Source: Guillardia theta CCMP2712 (Eukaryota; Protista; Cryptophyta). Taken from it: DNA of 64,000 nt. The notes beneath the pieces were generated by a model that was given only the letters and a program-made list of their open reading frames with translations, did no database searches and was not told the origin of the DNA. A program made the position numbers and the translations under genes. The stretch lies in NCBI RefSeq assembly GCF_000315625.1, contig NW_005434582.1:82504-146503 (forward strand). The letters run 5' to 3'. Position 1 is the stretch's first letter. Each line of letters starts with the position of its first letter. Positions 17,598 to 35,582 of this stretch are shown piece by piece.

Positions 17598-19040
17598 AGT
17601 TCGGCACCCCGGCACCCTGGGACGCGGCGTGCCCGTACCCGGCAGTGACCGTACTAGCCTACGGTGCCACCGTGGGTGTGCCGCCGGGCCGCTGGCCGTG
17701 ACTGGCAGCTGGCCCGGCGGCGCGTTGAAGTACGGTCCGGTCCGCAGGCTGGCTTCCGATTTCCAGTCCGGCGGTCGGTCCCGGCGCCGGCCGCGCCGCC
17801 CCGGGCCGGCACAGTGCTGGGAGTCTCCTATGATGAGTCATGCCCGACAGTGCCCGGCCGCCCCCCCCCCCCCCCCCGGCGCCGGGGCCCGGCCCGTACC
17901 GTCACATGGCAAGTCACTGGGTGAGGGTCGACTCACAGGCTGGTTGGCCTGTGCGGCAGTGTCGTACTGATTTTAACTTAACTTTGAGTAAAGGGTTCAA
18001 GACAAACGGACAGTGTCAACTTCACAGGTCTGAAACTTTTGGATTTGTTTGAAACTTTCAAGATAAATTATCAAAATAGATCTGAAAATTTCTCCAATTT
18101 ATTCGCCCAGATTCAAAAATTTCGGTTGTGCTGTAAGCATTCAAATCTGAAACGTTGAAGTTTTGATGACACGATTGAACGAAAAAGAGTCTTTTCAAGT
18201 CCAATTGAGTGTTTTCATAGGGGGTGGGGTAGGATGTGATGAGTAAATTAGGGGGTGATGTTATGGAGAAAAAGGGGGTACTGTTGTCATAAGTTGGATG
18301 ATGGGGTGTAGGGGGTATAACAACAAGGATGAACGGATGGAACACGTAGAAACGCAAGGGGAACAGGAGTGCGTCAACATGCGGACGAGGAGGAGGAGGA
18401 GGAGGAGGAGGAGGAGGAGGAGGAGGAGGAGGAGGAGGACGATAGCGAGAAAAATGAGAGAGAGGCTTGGAAAGCGTGCGCCAATCAGCACCGTTGACTC
18501 GAAAGTGACTTGCAAGTTGTGAAGACTAGATTACGATCAAGTCGACGATGGCAAGGATGACGGTGATGACGGTGATGACGGTGATGACGGTGATGACGGT
18601 GATGACGGTGATGACGGTGATAATAAGTTGATTCATGATTTGAGTTGTGCCACCAGTTGTGTGAATTGCCAAGGGAGTGTTTAGATAGCGATGAGTTCAA
18701 CCATGACAAGGACATTTTTTATGGAGAACAGGTTGTCGGTGATTGTCAAGGTAGCCATCGTGCCTGGATGGGCAAAGATGGAGTATGCGCAGATGTACAC
18801 TTAGCAGATGAAAGTCCTTTAAAGGCGTAGAATGAAATAGTCTTATTCTCCGCGATTCTTGAGATGGCACGAGCAGTACCTTCAACCCTGGCTGCCTCTC
18901 CCGCAATGTGCTCGCCTCCTTCGATCTGCTCGCAAACCTACATGTAAAGATGCCCGCATGAGAGGCATGGCGCATTTCGATGAATGATTTGGAAGAACCC
19001 ACCCTTGTTCTCTTCAATTGTAACTCACCCTTTTGTCAGG

Positions 19041-22000
19041 ATGCGGGACCTGCTGCTGTTGGGATTCCTTTCATGCCTTACTGGCGTGTCATCCTTCACC
19101 CAGCCCTCCCTCCTCTCACATGCTAGGCACTTTAGCCTTCACAGGTCCATCGCGAGTCGACGGGGCCCTCCGTTGAAACCTGCCCATGTCCGAACGCCCT
19201 GCCGTCTCCACACTAAGACTACCATGCTTCTGCGGCAATCGGCCGCTGAGCTGAACGCAATTGCGCAGGAGCTCCTTGCTGTGGGAGAGCTAGAGGTGGG
19301 GGAGGTGAACAGCTTGATCAAGCTGGGGAAGTTTGGGACGAGCAAGAGCGGAGCGGTGCTGGTGCGTGAAGGGCAGGACGTAACAGTTCCGCTCGAGGAG
19401 AGGAACGTTTACCTGCTGCTGTCAGGATCAGCAGAGGTCACGCGAGGAGGAGAGGTTGTCTCGAAGCTGAGCTCAGGGGAGTTCATCGGAGAGTCGAGGT
19501 TCCTGGAGGTTGAGACGCTGGAGAAGCTCAAAGTGATCAAGGCGGATTTCGTAGAGGAGACTTTCAGGAGCGTCGACCTCGACAAGAGCGGGAGTATCAG
19601 CCCAGCCGAGCTCCAGACGACGGCGAAAGCGCGAGCTGGCATCGAGCTGAGCCTGGAGCAGGCGGAGCAGATCGTGGCTGCGGTTGACTCCAACAGCGAT
19701 GGGGAGGTGCAGCTGGAAGAGGTCAAGAGGGCGGTAGCGAAGATGGAGGGGAAGGAGTTCATCAGGGACATGTTCCTGATGATGGACAAGGATGGATCAG
19801 GAGCGATCGATGCGAGGGAGCTGCGGGCGGCGCTGGAGGACAAGCTTGGGGTGCAGCTCAACGACGAGCAGGCAACGAAGCTGATCGAGATCCTGTCGAC
19901 CGGGAGGGATCAGCTGACGCTGAACCAAGTGATGATGCTCTCGCAGAAGATGAGGGAGAGTGAAGTACTCGAGCGGACCTTCAGGCTCTTCGACTCCGAC
20001 GGCTCGGGGAAGATCGACATCAAGGAACTTGGGCCTCTGCTGGCTGCCCTCGGGGTCCAGCTGAGCAAGGAGCAGGTGCAGGTGCTGGTGCAGTCGCTGG
20101 ACCTCAACAACGACGGGGAGATGGACGTGCAGGAGCTCAAGTCCGGCATCGCGAGGCTGCAGGGCAACGTCGTCGGCCGCTTCGGCAACGTCCTGCGGCT
20201 GTTCGAGGCGGTTGCCTTCGGCTCCCAGCGAGGGTCGCAAGTGTCAGTGACGGTGAAGGCAGGGGAAGGAGAGGAGGAGGCGAAATTCATCTCGTGGAGC
20301 ATCCCCGAGCTGCTGGAGTTCTTCGCTAAGAATCCTTCCACCGCCTCCAAGGTCAAGTCCATCTGGGCCATCAAGCTCGCCATGAAGCTAAAGGCGACGA
20401 CTGGCCTGCTGTCCCCCAGCAAGCCCTCATCTACTCCTGCCTCGTCCCAGCAGCAGCAGAGCGAGGAGGGGGACCCCCTGACTCCTGCGGAAGGGAAGCC
20501 CGCGGACTACGGGTACGGCAGCAACTTCGTGTACGGGCGGTACGGGGATCTCGGACCTCTGAGACGGGCCGTGCCGGCGAACCTGGTGCGCATGGCGGTG
20601 TGGAACTTCGGGAGGGAGTATCGGGCACTGAGGAACGCGTTTCGGCTGGGGGAGGTGAGGGAGCTTGTCAACAGCGTGTCGGGGGCAGGCGCATGGTTCC
20701 GGTCCAAGCAGGCGCTCAGCAGGATGCTGGGGGAGTGCACGGAGGAGGAGAGGAGGGAGAAGCTGGCGGAGATCTTCAAGTCTATCGACAAGGACGAGTC
20801 GGGGGCGATCAGCGTGGAGGAGCTGCGGGTGGCGATCGGAGAGCTCGGAGTGGAGGCGACGAGCAAGCAGGTGGAAGGCATGCTCAAGGTGGCGGATCAG
20901 GACGCGTCCAAGGAGATCTCGCTGGAGGAGTTCAGCTCCCTGGTCAACAGTCTCCTCAAGTCCGGGGACAAGTTTGACCTGATCATGAAGAAGAAGGGTT
21001 GGCTCCCTCCCCCCGTCGCCAAGTTCATCCTCTTCCTCACCTCCTTGCTCGGCAACGTGGACGAGGGCGTGGAGGAGGCACTCAAGGATAACCTGCGGCC
21101 CGTCCGGGGGTCCGAAGTCCCTCCTGAGGCGAGGAGGCTGCAAGAGAAGGTAGCTCGGCTCGTGCTGGACAACGACGCGGTGGCGAAGAGGGAGGAGATC
21201 CGCATGGAACAACTGAAAGTTTCCCTTGAGAAGGCGCTGAAGGAGGAGAAGAGCCCAGCCCAGCAGGAGTTTGTGCAGTCCCTCCAGTTGACTGCCACCC
21301 CAGCACTCATCATGGTGCCTTACACATTCCTCTGCTGGCTCATCGACGTTCTCTTCGTCAACCGCCCGATCCAGCGCTTCTGGTTCCTGGAGACGGTGGC
21401 TAGGATGCCCTACTTCTCCTACATCACCATGCTGACCCTGTACGAGTCGCTCGGGTGGTGGCGATCGTCCATGGACTCGAGAAGGGTTCACTTTGCGGAG
21501 GAATGGAACGAAGTCCAGCACCTCAAGATCATGGAGGCGTTGGGAGGGGACAGGAGCTGGTTCGATCGCTTCATGGGCAGGCATGCAGCGATCTTCTACT
21601 TCATCATCCTCAACCACATCTGGCTCCTCTCCCCCTCTCTCGCCTACAACTTCTCCGAGCTGATTGAGTTCCATGCCGTCGACACGTACGGGGAGTTTGT
21701 TGACGCCAACGAGGAGCTTCTAAAGTCGCTTCCTCCCCCCCAGGAGGCGGTGGAGTACTACAACAGCAAGGATCTCTACCTCTTCGACGAGTTCCAGACT
21801 GGGAGGACGCCCAAGTCGCGCAGGCCAGTGATCCGCTCCCTCTACGACGTGTTCTGCAACATCCGAGATGACGAGTTGGAGCATGTGAAGACCATGTTCC
21901 AGTGCCAGACCTCCCTCCAGCAGATCCAGAGCCCCAACGCGCAGGCGGCGGAGATGGAGAGGAAGCAAGAGGAGTCTGTGGAAGGGGGGATGGAGGGGTG

Positions 22001-22100
22001 GGCCTTCCCTTCAGACGAGGACCTGAAGGAGGAGGAGATACTCAGGAAGGTGATCGAGCTGAAGAGGGAGGAGCTGAGGGCGCTGGAGCAGAGGCTGTAG
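19041..22100 (+). CDS. PTOX: Plastid-targeted plastid terminal oxidase (AOX-family diiron) fused to a split cNMP-binding domain and 7-8 EF-hands; single coding exon
   Basis: Signal peptide MRDLLLLGFLSCLTGVSS|F (ASAF-like) followed by a transit peptide. EF loops DLDKSGSISPAE, DSNSDGEVQLEE, DKDGSGAIDARE, DSDGSGKIDIKE, DLNNDGEMDVQE, DKDESGAISVEE, DQDASKEISLEE. PTOX motifs RFWFLETVARMPYF, NEVQH, ELIEFHA, DDELEH. Confidence 0.93.
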   Translation: MRDLLLLGFLSCLTGVSSFTQPSLLSHARHFSLHRSIASRRGPPLKPAHVRTPCRLHTKTTMLLRQSAAELNAIAQELLAVGELEVGEVNSLIKLGKFGTSKSGAVLVREGQDVTVPLEERNVYLLLSGSAEVTRGGEVVSKLSSGEFIGESRFLEVETLEKLKVIKADFVEETFRSVDLDKSGSISPAELQTTAKARAGIELSLEQAEQIVAAVDSNSDGEVQLEEVKRAVAKMEGKEFIRDMFLMMDKDGSGAIDARELRAALEDKLGVQLNDEQATKLIEILSTGRDQLTLNQVMMLSQKMRESEVLERTFRLFDSDGSGKIDIKELGPLLAALGVQLSKEQVQVLVQSLDLNNDGEMDVQELKSGIARLQGNVVGRFGNVLRLFEAVAFGSQRGSQVSVTVKAGEGEEEAKFISWSIPELLEFFAKNPSTASKVKSIWAIKLAMKLKATTGLLSPSKPSSTPASSQQQQSEEGDPLTPAEGKPADYGYGSNFVYGRYGDLGPLRRAVPANLVRMAVWNFGREYRALRNAFRLGEVRELVNSVSGAGAWFRSKQALSRMLGECTEEERREKLAEIFKSIDKDESGAISVEELRVAIGELGVEATSKQVEGMLKVADQDASKEISLEEFSSLVNSLLKSGDKFDLIMKKKGWLPPPVAKFILFLTSLLGNVDEGVEEALKDNLRPVRGSEVPPEARRLQEKVARLVLDNDAVAKREEIRMEQLKVSLEKALKEEKSPAQQEFVQSLQLTATPALIMVPYTFLCWLIDVLFVNRPIQRFWFLETVARMPYFSYITMLTLYESLGWWRSSMDSRRVHFAEEWNEVQHLKIMEALGGDRSWFDRFMGRHAAIFYFIILNHIWLLSPSLAYNFSELIEFHAVDTYGEFVDANEELLKSLPPPQEAVEYYNSKDLYLFDEFQTGRTPKSRRPVIRSLYDVFCNIRDDELEHVKTMFQCQTSLQQIQSPNAQAAEMERKQEESVEGGMEGWAFPSDEDLKEEEILRKVIELKREELRALEQRL

Positions 22101-22419
22101 AGGATGTTTGATTGTTCCTCAAGTTCATTCGTGAACCGATTTTTCCCCTCATCGCCTCCACCAGGAAGTCTGCGAGCATTGTTACTGAGTACCCACTTCA
22201 AACCCACCCTCCCCTCTCTCCCTCCCCTCTCTCCCTCCCCTCCCTCCCTCCCTCCCTCCCTTCCCTCCCTCCCTCCCTCCCTCCTCTTCCTATCCCTTCC
22301 TTTCCTTTCTCCACTCCCTCCCTCAAATCTTCACGCTCCTCTCCTTCATCCTCTCATCACCTTCGCTGCTTGCTCTTCCTTCTTTGTCAGCTTGTCCCAC
22401 GTCTGCGAGCTAGTCAACG

Positions 22420-27720
<5,301 letters not shown>

Positions 27721-30700
27721 GTCAACAACTTCATCACCAATCCCTTGAACTTCATCATCGCCATCACCTCCTCCTCTACATAACAATCAGCATCGTCTCT
27801 TCTATCATCATTATCATGTTGAAACCGTTGCTGAGACTCGTGTTCGTTGCTATTTCAAACGGCAGCGTGATCACCGTCGCCATCGTCAACATACATCCCA
27901 TGACGACTACGATTGGGACACAGCCCGTTGTTGAAAGCCTCTGCATGTTCTCATCCTATCCTAAGCATCTTGATCTTGCTACTCCTCTTCATCTTCATCC
28001 TCCTCTCCCTCTCAGACCGCCATTCTCTTCTCTCCCCTCCTCTCCCCTCTCCCTCCTCCAAGTCATTCGTCACGTACCCGATCCCTGACATGTTGCGATC
28101 CTAGAGCCCCACCACCCCACCCTGGTTTTGGTACACATTTCACCCCCTTTGCCCCTTTGACCCTACCCCCTCATGAAGTTCCCTACCGGTCATCACCTGT
28201 ATGTCTGTTCAGCCACAATACCCACATGGACCTGACCACCCTGTCAGAAAAGCAGAAAACTCACAAATACCCCTCCTTTCTATCGATAAATTACCCGTAC
28301 TAATACTACCCTCAAAAGTAAGATGTTTCAGAAACACGACCCCTGCGGAGACCCTCTGAAATTAAGTACCCTACCCAGTCCAAATGCATTTTACGACCCC
28401 GCATCACCGGAATCCACCACCCCTACCCACCACTTACCTGCCCACCTTTCATAGTTCGAATGACCCTAAAAGTGTGAATATAAAAATTGGTATGATGCTC
28501 AAACTAATTTCATATTCTCATCTCTTATTTTCAAAATTAGGCACGGTCTTGGTTGAAACTGCTCAGGCACACGGCACCGCCGTCGGAGATCGGGGCGGAC
28601 TCGGGCATCCGCCGCCGGCTAATGATCAATAACTCACCGTCACGGTCGGATCGCCGGCCGGGCCGGGCCGGGCCGCTCAGTGCGCGGCTGCCCGGGCTAG
28701 GGTCATTGCCGTGCGGCCGCCGGGGCCCCCTCCAACGGGTAAAAATTGAAAGGTGCGACGGTTCACTCTCCTGATTGTCCTCGTATTGATTTTTAACTTA
28801 ACATTGAGTAAAGTTTCAGTAGATACTGATGAGTCAAGTGGTTGGAGTAAACTCAGGCGGATATAGGAGATACCAACCGTTGCGTTATTCCACAGAGTCA
28901 CACTACTACTAAAGCAAGAGAACGCCACTGATGAGCCTGACAGCAAGCAGAACCCACTCGCCTCAGAGTCAAATACGAGGACAGCAAATTGGAAGGCAGC
29001 CCTGTACCTTGTCGTCAATCTACTGACTTCTCAACGCTGTGCGTCTTTTTAACAAAAGGATATGCTGACGACGTGACCAGTACATACGGGATTTTCCGTC
29101 GTCAGCCTCTTGGTCCCCCACACCCCCGTACCCTCATGGTCCGCGATCCTTCAATTGTCTCCATCTGTCTCTTACGTTTCCTGCATTTGACCCTCGCCAG
29201 GCAGGTAGATCCTTGCTGACAAAAGATCTCATCGCTTCATATCCTGGCAGCGGAGTGTTCCGATCTTTACCACACCCTCCCCCGGGAACCAATAACTAGG
29301 ACTTGCTCCCCTGCTCTCCTCACTCGCGATGTGCACTGGCCCAGTCCTCCCTCCCCGCTCCATCCGCTTCAAGGAGGACTGGCTGCCGGCTCCCAGCAGC
29401 AGGCCCTCGCTCAAGCGTTCGCTCAGACCCGTTGGCATATCCTGCAAGCCTGTCGTGAAGGCATCGGGAGAGGGAGAAGGAAGAAGGAGCTGCTTGACGA
29501 ACTTACTGGAGGCCAGGAGGAAGGCAACGGAGTGCAGCCAGGCTGCGGGGGATGTAGAGGCAGCATGACGCCATGGAGGAGGCACCGATGCCGGGTCATG
29601 ACGACACTTGTACTGTACAATAGGATGTTTGATAGAGGGTGATGTATGAATAATTTTTTTGGCTGTCATCTTGCAAGAGCGTGTGCGAAGAATATGCGAG
29701 AAGCAAACCGATGAGACAGCGACAACTGTAGTTCGATTAAGAAGCCAACCATCTGAGAAGCGCATGGCAGGATGAGAATGGGAGGATGTGATACACACGA
29801 TCAGCACATACCATTCCTGGCTGAACACTAGGGCGCTTTGATGGTACAGATCTTCGGGAGTGACAAGATCTGCGATATCCTCATGCTCATGTGATGTCGT
29901 ATCTGTGACAGCATAGCACAACACAGTACATGTAACATCATAGAATATCGTAGTAAAGCTTGTGTGTGGGCTGGTTGTCCACCAACGAATAAATACTAAA
30001 CAAGGTGAAACTTCACCTTATGCATCAACAACTTACAAGGCTTCTGAAACATCTTGACGCCACTCTGATCCAGAAGGCCCTTCTATTACACAAACGTCAT
30101 GGTGGTTTTTTGTGGGGGGGAATTGTACAATGATGACTGATTGGTCGGGATCAACTTTGTGCTCTGCAGTCTTGACTCTACTGAGGGCCAACATCTAGTG
30201 ACCATCCGTTCATCCATGGCCGCGACATGGCGACTTGTAGTATCATATCTTGGCTGGGCTGCTGAGGGTGAGTCGTTCAAGTGAACTTTGAAATCTTGTT
30301 GGAAACCGTGTGGCATGGGGGCCGCGGCACCGCCGGTGGGCACCGTCCGATTTCCGAAGTTCCCCGGCCGTTCAGAGCTGCCTGGTGCCCCGGGCGTCGC
30401 CGCGAGTCGCGGCGACGGCGTACCTGCGGCACCTCAGCCTCATCCGACGGTCAGCCTGCCGTCAGCGGACAGGCCGCCCGCGGCGGCCCGGCGAGAACCG
30501 TACTGAGCCTCGGAGTCACTGGCTCCGACACCGGGGCCGCCTCGGCGGGCCCTCCCGGCGGAGACTCTCAGAGGCGGCACTGACTCAGGCCCATGGCCAC
30601 CGACACTGACCGTGACTCTCGCAGTGATGCCATGATGATCATGACGGATCACATGGCCGGCCGGATCATGATGGCACAGGCTGAACTTGGGCTGCCAGAG

Positions 30701-33700
30701 GGCCTCGGACTTGGGCGCGGCAAGGCTCAGCCCGGCACTGCGGCACTGGCCGACTAAGTTCAGTGCCGGGGGCCCGGGCCGCCCCGGTCCCGGGGTCAAA
30801 CGGAACTTCGGAAGTTTCGGAAGTGACTCGGCAGTGGCCACGGTGAGAAACTGTCACGGGCCGTTGTGACTGTGACTGGCGTGACTGCCAACGGTTACGC
30901 GCCGACTATTGTGAGTCGCAACTTCAATCAGATATGGGGTCAACTAAGTTCGTTCTTCCGAGTTCCTCTCTCTCTCTTCCCGGAGTCCGGGCCGCCCGGC
31001 CTTTCCTCCTCCTCTCTTACCGTCACTGACTCTCTCGTTCTTCTCTCTTCTCTTCAGTACGGTAGTGCCTGATGATCTTTCAAACTTGCGGACGGGCGCC
31101 GCGCGGCGTGCCCCCATCCTTGCCCACATAGCGTTGTCGGGTCAAGGAACTTGCTGACAATTGGGATTTGTACCAGATCCAGGCATTTTCCAGTACAAAA
31201 TTGTGTGTGAGTAAAAAATCGAAGGATTGGAAGGTTTGAAAATCCATTTCCAGCGCTGCAAGTTCAACGGCAACCGGGGGTAATTGAGAGCTTAGATAAG
31301 TAAACAGTTGTTCCTATTGCCTTTGCATAGGATCACTTAGGCCCTTGTATAGTGGAGTAATGATTTGTACCAGAACCTGATGGGTAGGCGTGGTAGTATT
31401 TCAAATGATTCGAACCCAACGGACGCGACAGGGGGGTGGGGGGTACAGGTCTTGGTCTGGTACTGTAATGGGTACCTTTTAAAATACATTTAGCAGAGGG
31501 GGTCTCCCTCCCCATCTCCCTGCCCTCCGCACTTGCGCATCCCTATCCTTCCCTGTCCATGAGTCTCAGACTCTCGTCAGACCTTCCCTGATGACCCTCA
31601 ACTTTCTTTGACGCTTCTGTCTGCCTTGTCCTTCCTCAACTTGCTGGAAATTCAAACTCTGAAACCATGCCCATGAGTTGACAAGAACTGAGTTTCTCAG
31701 TTTGAATGCGGGAGGAAAGATGATTCATGGAATGAAACTCAGGTGTGCATATATCAAGCTGATGGATACGAGTCGTATAGCACTGGCAAATGACTGTCAT
31801 TTTACTTCTCAATGATACAGCATCAAGAACTTGCTCTCGATCCATCAGTACTTGCAAAGGGTCATTTTTCAGACAGAACTTCGAGTTCATCTTTATTTTG
31901 CGTCGATCCACACGATGACATCTGTTTGATACACTATGTTTGATGAATAGCAAGAAAGCAAGGCTGAACTGTGCACCGCTTGACTGAATTTTCTACAATA
32001 CTCTTCAATTGTGTAAGAGAGCATGTCACATGTAATCATACCAGGCAAACAAGTCACAGTATCGCTCCAAACCGCGTTGTGCTTAAAACTGAGACTCTAC
32101 ATGAAGATGTTATCGGACTAGTCGAATGATGTACAACTTTATGGTGATACGTGGTTTAGAACTGTTGCAAAGCGGACATGGGAATATGTAGCGGCCTAGG
32201 TGATGTTTTCAACGTACTTCAATAAAACAAAGCCAAGTTGTTGCTAACAACATCATCATTTCTCCATGAGCCTGCATGACCTGATGTACATGTTAGAGAA
32301 GTCGATGCTCATTCATCAAAAGAGTGGTTAGACAAGAAATTGGTAGATGCTTCTGCGCAGCATTCTTGTGTATGTGGAATCGTGCACACTCACCGTCGTG
32401 TGGAAGTGTTTGCACATTCTTCTGCGCAAGTCTCATACATTGTCCTTATCATCTGGAATGGTTGACTTTTGCTGCAAGTAATATGAGCAGCGCAAAGTTG
32501 GCAAACTTATCCATATGGTTGGAATGCCGGCGATGCATTGCAGCCTGCATAGCACCTGAGCGCTTTGTTCCACTTATCGCTTGATTCCTTCCAAACAATT
32601 GATGATATCGCAGCATGCAACTCGCATTGGCCCAAGGGTGTCAAGCGAGGAAAAGATCAGGATGATGGAAGGGCGAGAATGCAGCGAATAAGAGAAGCTG
32701 GTCAGGCTCAGTTTACTTTGTGTAAGAAAATGCCAATGCTTTGTACATGTTAGGTTACAAAGAAAGAGGCAAGAAAGCTCTGGTATGAGACTCGAGAAGA
32801 AAAATTTATTCAAAAGGGTATGTCCATTTTCGTCTGCATGATTCAATCGCATCCAACATCAATTAACTGCTCCTGATACCATGTCAGTCTAGTCACAACA
32901 AAGATATCAGCACCTTGAAAATTTCTTGCTTCGACTCGAGGTGAAGGAAATGAACTATGATTTACAATGCTATAAGGGGTATCGTTTTGTCGCTCAAAGC
33001 GTCTTGATTGTAAGTCATGAAATAGAACACGACATGCAATCAATTTGCAAGTCATGCCTTCATGTGGTACCTCATCACTGCCATTTGATGAATGCACTGG
33101 TATTCCTTGAAACTCTTTACATGCCTTGGCAATACTCTTGCATATTTGCTCAGACCGCCCTCAAGCCCGACTCTTTGCAGCAGATTCCTATGAAATAAGT
33201 ATAGATCATGCTGTCTCCGTGACATGCTTCATGACTTCCTACTTATTGCTCATGAGAGTCAATGTCATCCATCGTACAGCGCCACTAGCGGACGGTCCGT
33301 GCGGAGTACTCCTTATTCAAGCTGCTAAAATCTATGATGATCAACCCTCTTTACATGTGTTTGCAATCACAGAGATGTTTTCAGACTGCTGCGCTCACAC
33401 CAGATTCTGCAGGGATTGCCTCTTCTTGTCCTCGTCTGAGCTCTCCTGCTGCAGATGAGTCACGTCTGCGTAACATTCACTTGCTAACCTTGGATATGCA
33501 ACCAGGGAAGGGAAGGGGCAAGGCTTGAGAGCTCCCTCTGATCTACAAGGGTGGTCTATGTTGGTCGGAGGCAGGGTAGGGTCCAAAACTTGACCCCATC
33601 GGAGAAGGGACTTTCACTGGGAAACAGGTGGGTCCAAAGCATCATAGTTTGAACAGGGGAGGTACCGCATAAACTATTTTGGTACCAGTTTTCCTAACAG

Positions 33701-34240
33701 TACTCTATAAGTACCATAAAATTGGTACTGTTGGTACAAATATTTGCTACCAGGAAGTACCCTACCGCCTTAAACAGGTCCCAACCAATTTGAATCAGCT
33801 CCCAGCCGTCTGACCCACCCCAGACCCCAACTGCCATTTGCTATTCACATGTGTGGAAGGATACCCCCACAGAAAACTATTGGAAACCAGAGGGGTCAGT
33901 TGAGAGCGACAACGCTATGCAATCATGGCAGATACCCTTCTATCCTTTCAAGTGACTGAGTCTACTTCATAAATACTCTTACCCCAGAAGCCAATCACCT
34001 ACCTGCTCTTACCGTAGTACTTCGCTACAGCCGCTCATACATTCCGAAGTTCCGTCCGATCCGATCCGATCCGATCAGCCGGCCGGCTCACCGGCGGCGC
34101 GGCCCGCCCGGTCTGCCCGGGCCGCCCGCGGCCCGGCGGCCGGGCGCTCCGAGGTCGGGGGCCGCGCGCGACTCAGCCCGGCCGGCCCCTCTACAAAAAC
34201 GCACGTGCACGAGCGCAGGGATCGGCGAGGAAGCGACCAC

Positions 34241-35582
34241 ATGGCCGCATGGCTTCTCGGTAGGTGACGCGCCGCCGCTCGTGATGGCAGCCCCTCCGCA
34301 AGCCGCCTCTATGAGGGGCCATGACGATGGTGACCTTGGATGCCCGAGCGACGATGGGAGCTCGCGCCGAAGTGACAGACTGACGGCCAAGAAGTGGAGG
34401 GCAAGAGCATGGGCGCTAGGGAGGGTTATAGCGGAGACGGACAAACCTCAGGTTGTGAATCAAAGGATCTACTTCCCTCTCGAAGACTGTTTCCAGCAGC
34501 ACATGCTCCTTTCGACGAAGAGATGGCGATGAGCCAGGTGAGATGAAGGATTCCTTTCCTCCTCCTTGTCCTTCTGGTTGTACGTGTGCCCGTGCTGTGT
34601 AAGAGGAGAGGAGGGGATGAAGCGGTTCTATACGGTCGAGACACTCGGATTATGCGGGAAAGATCTCAACACAGAATCGCAAGATAGATACCATGAGTGT
34701 GAGGCAGTAGGACCCTCGCGGATACTTCATGAGGCCGAGGGTTTTGAAATTGCTCCATACATTCTCATGAGCGATTCGGTTGCTGGTGCAGCTGTTGTTG
34801 CTGTCGTCGTTACAGTTGTTGTTTCTTGTTTCAATTCGTTGTTTTCTATGTTTGTCTTGTATCTGTGTCAGGCTCCGCGGGTTGCTCCCAATGAGGATAA
34901 AAAAATCCAAGGCTTAATTACTGAGCGTTCGATGACGTTTCGATTTGACAAGCATATGTCTGAGGGATGCAACCCCGGAGCCTTGCTGTACTCTTGTTGC
35001 ATATTCGAGGCGTGTAAGGCGTGTGAAAAATTATGACATGCCACGCAGGGGCGAGCAAGTCTGGTACAACATCCAAGTGAAAGAAAAGATCTTGGAGAAC
35101 GCAGCCTGGTATCTCCTCCCCCTCCTTTCCTGGTATCTCCTGCCCACCTCCTCCTCTCCCCATCCCCACCTCCTTCCCTCCTTCAGTTCAGATCCCCTGC
35201 TCCGCTTGCTTTCCTGTGTTTGTTTTCTGCTCCCCTTCATGCATTCCCTTATGCCTCCTCTCCTTCCGCCCGATGCCGCTTACCGCGAGGCTGTCCGCTC
35301 GCCATGGTCAGTGTTCGAAAAGTGGCAGAGAAGGAAGTGACTGCGAGGGCACCTTCGCTACGCTTCCATCGTAGCCACAGGAATCTCGCGGCCCACATGC
35401 TCCTTTGTGTGAACACCTTGTTCTTGCTTTTGCTCGTCCTCGTCCTCTTCCTCCTCCTCCTCCGCTGTTTGCTCACCGGATACCTCAGGGGCTATCCTGA
35501 TCCTCGGCAAGGGCGAGAGAACATCAAAGGACATGTCACGTTCGCGACAGGCAAGGGCGTGAGAATAGAGACGGCAAGCTGA
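34241..35582 (+). CDS. DUF427 (NTP_transf_9) domain protein with in-frame TGA at 34530-34532, predicted selenocysteine; exons ...-34537, 35049-35108, 35489-35582; start uncertain (34241 via a short intron, or 34284)
   Basis: Spliced protein ARAWALGRVIAETDKPQVVNQRIYFPLEDCFQQHMLLSTKRWR-U-ARGEQVWYNIQVKEKILENAAWGYPDPRQGRENIKGHVTFATGKGVRIETAS* aligns with the DUF427 consensus (VIAESD..VEGNHYFP..S..CPWKGEASYY..DAAWYYPEP..IKGYVAF). Both introns are phase 2/2 compatible. Confidence 0.88.

Noticed and set aside
19139-21968. Antisense ORFs over PTOX (also 42949-43959 over the kinase)
   Set aside because: Shadow frames of GC3-rich genes with no motifs.
31636-33500. Possible micro-exon gene with an ankyrin-like word (LNHADENGHTLL); similar unresolved regions at 29000-30250 and 49410-50800
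   Set aside because: I could not assemble a consistent reading frame by eye.
34530-34532. TGA as a nonsense mutation making the DUF427 gene a pseudogene
   Set aside because: It falls at the conserved Cys, the downstream exons are intact and in phase, and a SECIS follows.
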